Below are positions 60,639 to 64,000 of a stretch of DNA of 64,000 bases, one piece after another (the stretch's first letter is position 1; the number at the start of each line of letters is the position of its first letter). The notes beneath the pieces were generated by a model. It was not told the origin of the DNA and did no database searches. It saw only the letters and a program-made list of their open reading frames with translations. The stretch comes from an uncultured Chloroflexota bacterium (lineage in GTDB: Bacteria; Chloroflexota; UBA11872; VXNJ01), in the NCBI GenBank assembly GCA_964496475.1, contig CAZBZS010000001.1, positions 36,512-100,511 on the forward strand, read 5' to 3'. The position numbers and the translations under genes are program-made.

Positions 60639-61469
60639 TTGACGGAACGGGAGCAGGAAGGCACTGAAGGACTCAATGAGCAGGCACGCTCCGCCTGGAA
60701 CCGCAACGCCGCCTTCTGGGATCAGTGGATGGGGGACGAGGGCAACGACTTCCAACGCCTGCTGGTCTGGGAGCCGACCGAACGGATGTTGGACATTCGG
60801 CATGGCGAGCGGGTCCTTGACGTGGCCTGCGGCAACGGCAATTTTTCCCGTCGGCTCGCCGCCCGGGGGGCGCGGGTGGTCGGGATCGATTTCGCCGAAG
60901 CGATGATCGAGCGGGCGCGGTCCTATCCCGAAGTTGACCGAGGCGAAATCGCCTACGCCCTTCTCGAGGTGACAAGTCCCGAAGAGCCAGCCACGCTGAG
61001 CGGAGAGCCCTTCGACGCCGCCGTGGCCAACATGGCGCTTATGGACATCTCGGACATCGCCCCGCTGCTGGATTTCCTGGCCGAAAGTCTGCGCCCTGGC
61101 GGTCGATTCGTATTCTCCGTGAGCCATCCGCTTCTTGGAACGGTCCACACCCTGCTTCGGGAACAGATCGATGTCGATGGGGAATCGCGCGAGATGCTAT
61201 CGATCAAGATCACGGAATGCTTGGACCGCGCCCCGGAACCGGGGCACGCGATTGCCGGCCAGCCGGTGCCCTAAATCTACTTCGACCGTACGCTACAAGA
61301 TTTGCTGGGCCAATCCTTCGAAGTCGGCCTGGTGATGGACGCGCTGGAGGAACCGGTCTTCCCGAAGGAATTGTCCCCCGAAGGCGGGAGTTACGACTTG
61401 ACGGATCACTTTCGCCTGTTTCCACCGGCCCTGGTTGTCCGGGTGCGCCGACCGGACACTGGCGACTAG
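60639..61469 (+). pseudogene. Class I SAM-dependent methyltransferase interrupted by an in-frame TAA
   Basis: Motif I VLDVACGNGNFS. The ORF stops at TAA 61272-61274 (...HAIAGQPVP*). The same frame then continues IYFDRTLQDLLGQSFEVGLVMDALEEPVFPKELSPEGGSYDLTDHFRLFPPALVVRVRRPDTGD to a TAG at 61467-61469. This is the expected C-terminal segment of this methyltransferase family. Confidence 0.6.
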
Positions 61470-61529
61470 TCAGACGATGCCGACTTGCCGGCAGCAGTAG
61501 GCAGAAAGAGGCTGAGCCTCCTGAGTCTT

Positions 61530-62585
61530 CTATGCCTCGCCGGTTGCCCACGCCTTGATGAGGTGATGCGCGATGGCGATCTCGCCGGGTACGTTCAGTT
61601 CCTCATTTTCGCCGGCCAGGGCGTGGAGTACCTCCCGCCGATCGAACCAGCGAACGTCCGCCATCTCGACATCGTCGTGACGAATTTCGGTGGAGAGCGC
61701 CCCGGCGTGGCAGCCGATCATGAGGGACGAAGGAAACGGCCACGGCTGCGACGAATGGTAACGAACGTCGCCGACTTCGATCCCAGCTTCTTCCATAACC
61801 TCACGGCGGACCGCCTCCTCGATGGACTCGCCCTGGTCCACAAAGCCTGCCAGCGCCGAATACATCTTCATCTGGGAGAGTCGCCCACGAGACTGACCCA
61901 GGATGCACCGATCGCCGCTGGAGACCACCACAATCACCACCGGATCGGTGCGCGGGAAGTGCGGGGCGTCGCAGTCGAGGCATCTTCGCATTTGACCGCC
62001 GCGCTCCTGCCGCGATAGTGCACCGCAGACACCGCAATATCGATGGCGGGCATGCCAGTCGACCTGGGATCGCGCCTGCGCCAGAATGCCTGCTTCGTCC
62101 GGGGCCAGCAGCGTGGCGGCGATCCGGGCCTCTTCGAATTTCAATCCGCCGTCCAACTGCAGGCCCATGGTCGGATCGTCCAGATCGCTCACGTCAATCG
62201 CAAAGTGGGCCACGCTATCCAGCAAACCCAGAAAAATTGGGGCGGCCTTCACCGCGACTCCGTTCAGCACCTCCGCCCGCACCCAGCCCAGCGCCGGTTC
62301 GGCGCCGTCCGAGATCGGTACGTTCAGCTGCCACAGCGGCAAGAACCGGCTTTCCGGGTCTTTCGCCCGCTCCTCCAGCCAGCCGTCATCCCGGCGCTCG
62401 CGTTCGCCCCGATCCAACGGATTACCCGCGAACACATGCCCGTCCCTCAACGTCGGCCGAATCCTCTCTCTGAATGCTGCCGGTCCGCCCGATCTCGCGA
62501 TCGCCGGCCAGACCTCAAAACATCCCGGCACTCCGCCGACTGGCGACCTCCCCTTCGTTCCGGGTGAGCAAAGAATAACCGGCAT
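61530..62585 (-). CDS. nudC: NAD(+) diphosphatase (NADH pyrophosphatase)
   Basis: Zinc ribbon CGVCG...CLDC between the N-domain and a Nudix box GFVDQGESIEEAVRREVMEEAGI. Confidence 0.85.
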   Translation of the reverse strand: MPVILCSPGTKGRSPVGGVPGCFEVWPAIARSGGPAAFRERIRPTLRDGHVFAGNPLDRGERERRDDGWLEERAKDPESRFLPLWQLNVPISDGAEPALGWVRAEVLNGVAVKAAPIFLGLLDSVAHFAIDVSDLDDPTMGLQLDGGLKFEEARIAATLLAPDEAGILAQARSQVDWHARHRYCGVCGALSRQERGGQMRRCLDCDAPHFPRTDPVVIVVVSSGDRCILGQSRGRLSQMKMYSALAGFVDQGESIEEAVRREVMEEAGIEVGDVRYHSSQPWPFPSSLMIGCHAGALSTEIRHDDVEMADVRWFDRREVLHALAGENEELNVPGEIAIAHHLIKAWATGEA

Positions 62586-62632
62586 GGGACCGTGCTAGCA
62601 TCCGCGCATGTTTAAGGGGTGGTTGCCCCGAA

Positions 62633-63373
62633 ATGGTAAGAATGAACCCGAGCGCGGCGCAAATAGACCAATTTCGCGACGACGGATTTTTCCTCAGCGG
62701 ACAGCTGCTCGACCACGAGCTGCTCGACGAGATCGCCATCGATTTCGAACGCCTTCGCGCCGAAGAGGACGCCAGCGTTCGCACCGCCGGTGAACGCCGC
62801 GGCATCAGCATGGAAGGACGCAACTTCATCCCCCATATCGACGAGAAAAGCAAAGCCGGCCGGCGGCTCTGCCTCAGCGCCGAACTCGTCGAACTCGCCA
62901 TCGCCCTGATCGGACCGGACATCCGGCTTTACTGGAACCAGGCCGTGACCAAGGCTCCCCGTAGCGGAGCATCCTTTTCCTGGCACCAGGACAGCGGATA
63001 TCACCTCATTGATCCCCTCGAATACCTCACCGTCTGGGTTCCCCTCGAAGATTCAACCATCGTAAATGGCGCCATTTACGTCATTCCAGGCTCCCAGAAA
63101 TGGGGCCTGCAAGAGCACGTCATCGACCCGGACACCGGCGACAAAGTCGGCTATCGCGGCCCCGAGGAGGGCATCCCGGTAGAGGTAAAGAAAGGCGAAG
63201 CGGCCATCTTCTCGTCCATGTGCCTGCATCGCAGCGGACCAAATACCACCGACAAACCTCGCCGCGCCTACGTCGTCCAGTACTCACCCATCGACGCCGT
63301 CGATCCCGAAACCGGCGAACGCTGGGGCGGTCTCCTGGAGGTTGCCCGTAACGGCCGGGTGCTTAAAATCTGA
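62633..63373 (+). CDS. Phytanoyl-CoA dioxygenase (PhyH)-family Fe(II)/2-oxoglutarate oxygenase
   Basis: WHQDSGY (HxD) with a distal His in LHRSGPN. Alternative ATG at 62642. Confidence 0.85.
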   Translation: MVRMNPSAAQIDQFRDDGFFLSGQLLDHELLDEIAIDFERLRAEEDASVRTAGERRGISMEGRNFIPHIDEKSKAGRRLCLSAELVELAIALIGPDIRLYWNQAVTKAPRSGASFSWHQDSGYHLIDPLEYLTVWVPLEDSTIVNGAIYVIPGSQKWGLQEHVIDPDTGDKVGYRGPEEGIPVEVKKGEAAIFSSMCLHRSGPNTTDKPRRAYVVQYSPIDAVDPETGERWGGLLEVARNGRVLKI

Positions 63374-63510
63374 CCGTTCGCCGACCGGCCTCTGAACTGG
63401 CCCGTTGGCGACCAAATAGAACCGGGCGTGGCCCGGATATCCATATCCGCCGATCCCGTTCGTCTACTTAGTGAAAGGGACACCGGGTCCCGATTCCCCA
63501 AAGGAGGGAA

Positions 63511-64000
63511 ATGGCTCTGAAATCGACCGTTGCGCGCGAGACCGCCCGATTCCTCGCCAGCCGCGGCATCAAGCGCGTCTACGGCATTCCCGGAGGCGAG
63601 GTCACCCACCTGATCGACGCCCTGGAACTCGAAGGGATCGAGTTCGTCCTCACCCACCACGAGACCTTCGCTGCCCACATGGCCGATGCCGAAGCGCAGC
63701 TCGCCGGCCGGCCCGCCGTGTGCTTGTCTACCGTCGGACCCGGGGCGACCAACATCGTCAACGGCATCGCCAATTCGTTCCTGGATCGCACCCCGGTACT
63801 GGCCTTGATAGGCGAGTTCAACGATGCCGGCCGGGCCGAGTGGACCCACATGAACGTCGACCTGCTCGAGCTCTTCCGGCCGGTCTCCAAGCTGGCCGAG
63901 CGCATGTACGCCGTGAACTGTCGGGACCTCCTGGAACGCGCCTGGGATACAGCCACCGCTCCGTTGCCCGGCCCCGTGTGTATCGCCCTCTCGTCCAGCG
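63511..64000 (+). CDS. Thiamine pyrophosphate-dependent enzyme (acetolactate-synthase-like), N-terminal part; continues beyond window
   Basis: RBS AAGGAGGG precedes the ATG at 63511. VYGIPGGEV...LSTVGPGATNIVNGIANSFLDRTPVLALIG is a TPP-enzyme N-terminal pyrimidine-binding domain. Absent from the ORF track because it runs off the edge. Confidence 0.85.
   Translation, partial: MALKSTVARETARFLASRGIKRVYGIPGGEVTHLIDALELEGIEFVLTHHETFAAHMADAEAQLAGRPAVCLSTVGPGATNIVNGIANSFLDRTPVLALIGEFNDAGRAEWTHMNVDLLELFRPVSKLAERMYAVNCRDLLERAWDTATAPLPGPVCIALSSS

Noticed and set aside
63374-63510. TPP riboswitch upstream of the TPP-dependent enzyme
   Set aside because: No GGGGUGC...CUGAGA core motifs in the 137-nt leader.

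Overview
This 64 kb window is high-GC (roughly 65%) bacterial chromosomal DNA. Gene content and synteny (dimeric glyQS next to recO, LVIVD-repeat and PT-linker proteins, a heterodimeric ABC exporter) fit a Chloroflexota- or Actinomycetota-type genome, but I cannot place it more precisely from sequence alone. Most of the window is densely packed housekeeping genes in classical arrangements: rpmE, rpsU-yqeY-ybeY-ispE, tRNA-Gln, glmU-prs, cdd, recO-glyQS, uvrC, aspS, infC, an AGXT aminotransferase-nadB-nadC operon, rarA, yebC-ruvA-ruvB, acyP, acpS-nnr, and cmk-plsC-der-plsY-recX. There are two tRNAs (Gln-TTG, Gly-CCC) and no transposases, integrases, CRISPR arrays or rRNA. The accessory content is a sugar/inositol-like oxidoreductase/isomerase cluster, an AI-2E transporter with a heterodimeric ABC exporter, two MoxR AAA+ loci (one with the classic DUF58/DUF4129 partners, one fused to ogt), and several secreted or membrane proteins of unknown function. 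The most unusual observations are: (1) a 37-nt poly-C run, plus C7/C7/C15 runs, inside a fragmented LVIVD-repeat lipoprotein gene; (2) three different genes interrupted by in-frame stop codons (TGA, TGA, TAA) and at least three frameshifts, all in accessory genes; (3) an 817-aa receptor-like protein with a degenerate PP2C-like cytoplasmic domain, two TM helices and an NHL-like beta-propeller; (4) a MoxR ATPase translationally coupled to Ogt with no DUF58/VWA partner; (5) a secreted PT-linker protein with tandem C-terminal repeats sitting in a low-GC islet. Many long antisense ORFs in the six-frame track are R/P/A-rich artefacts of the high GC content and are not called.
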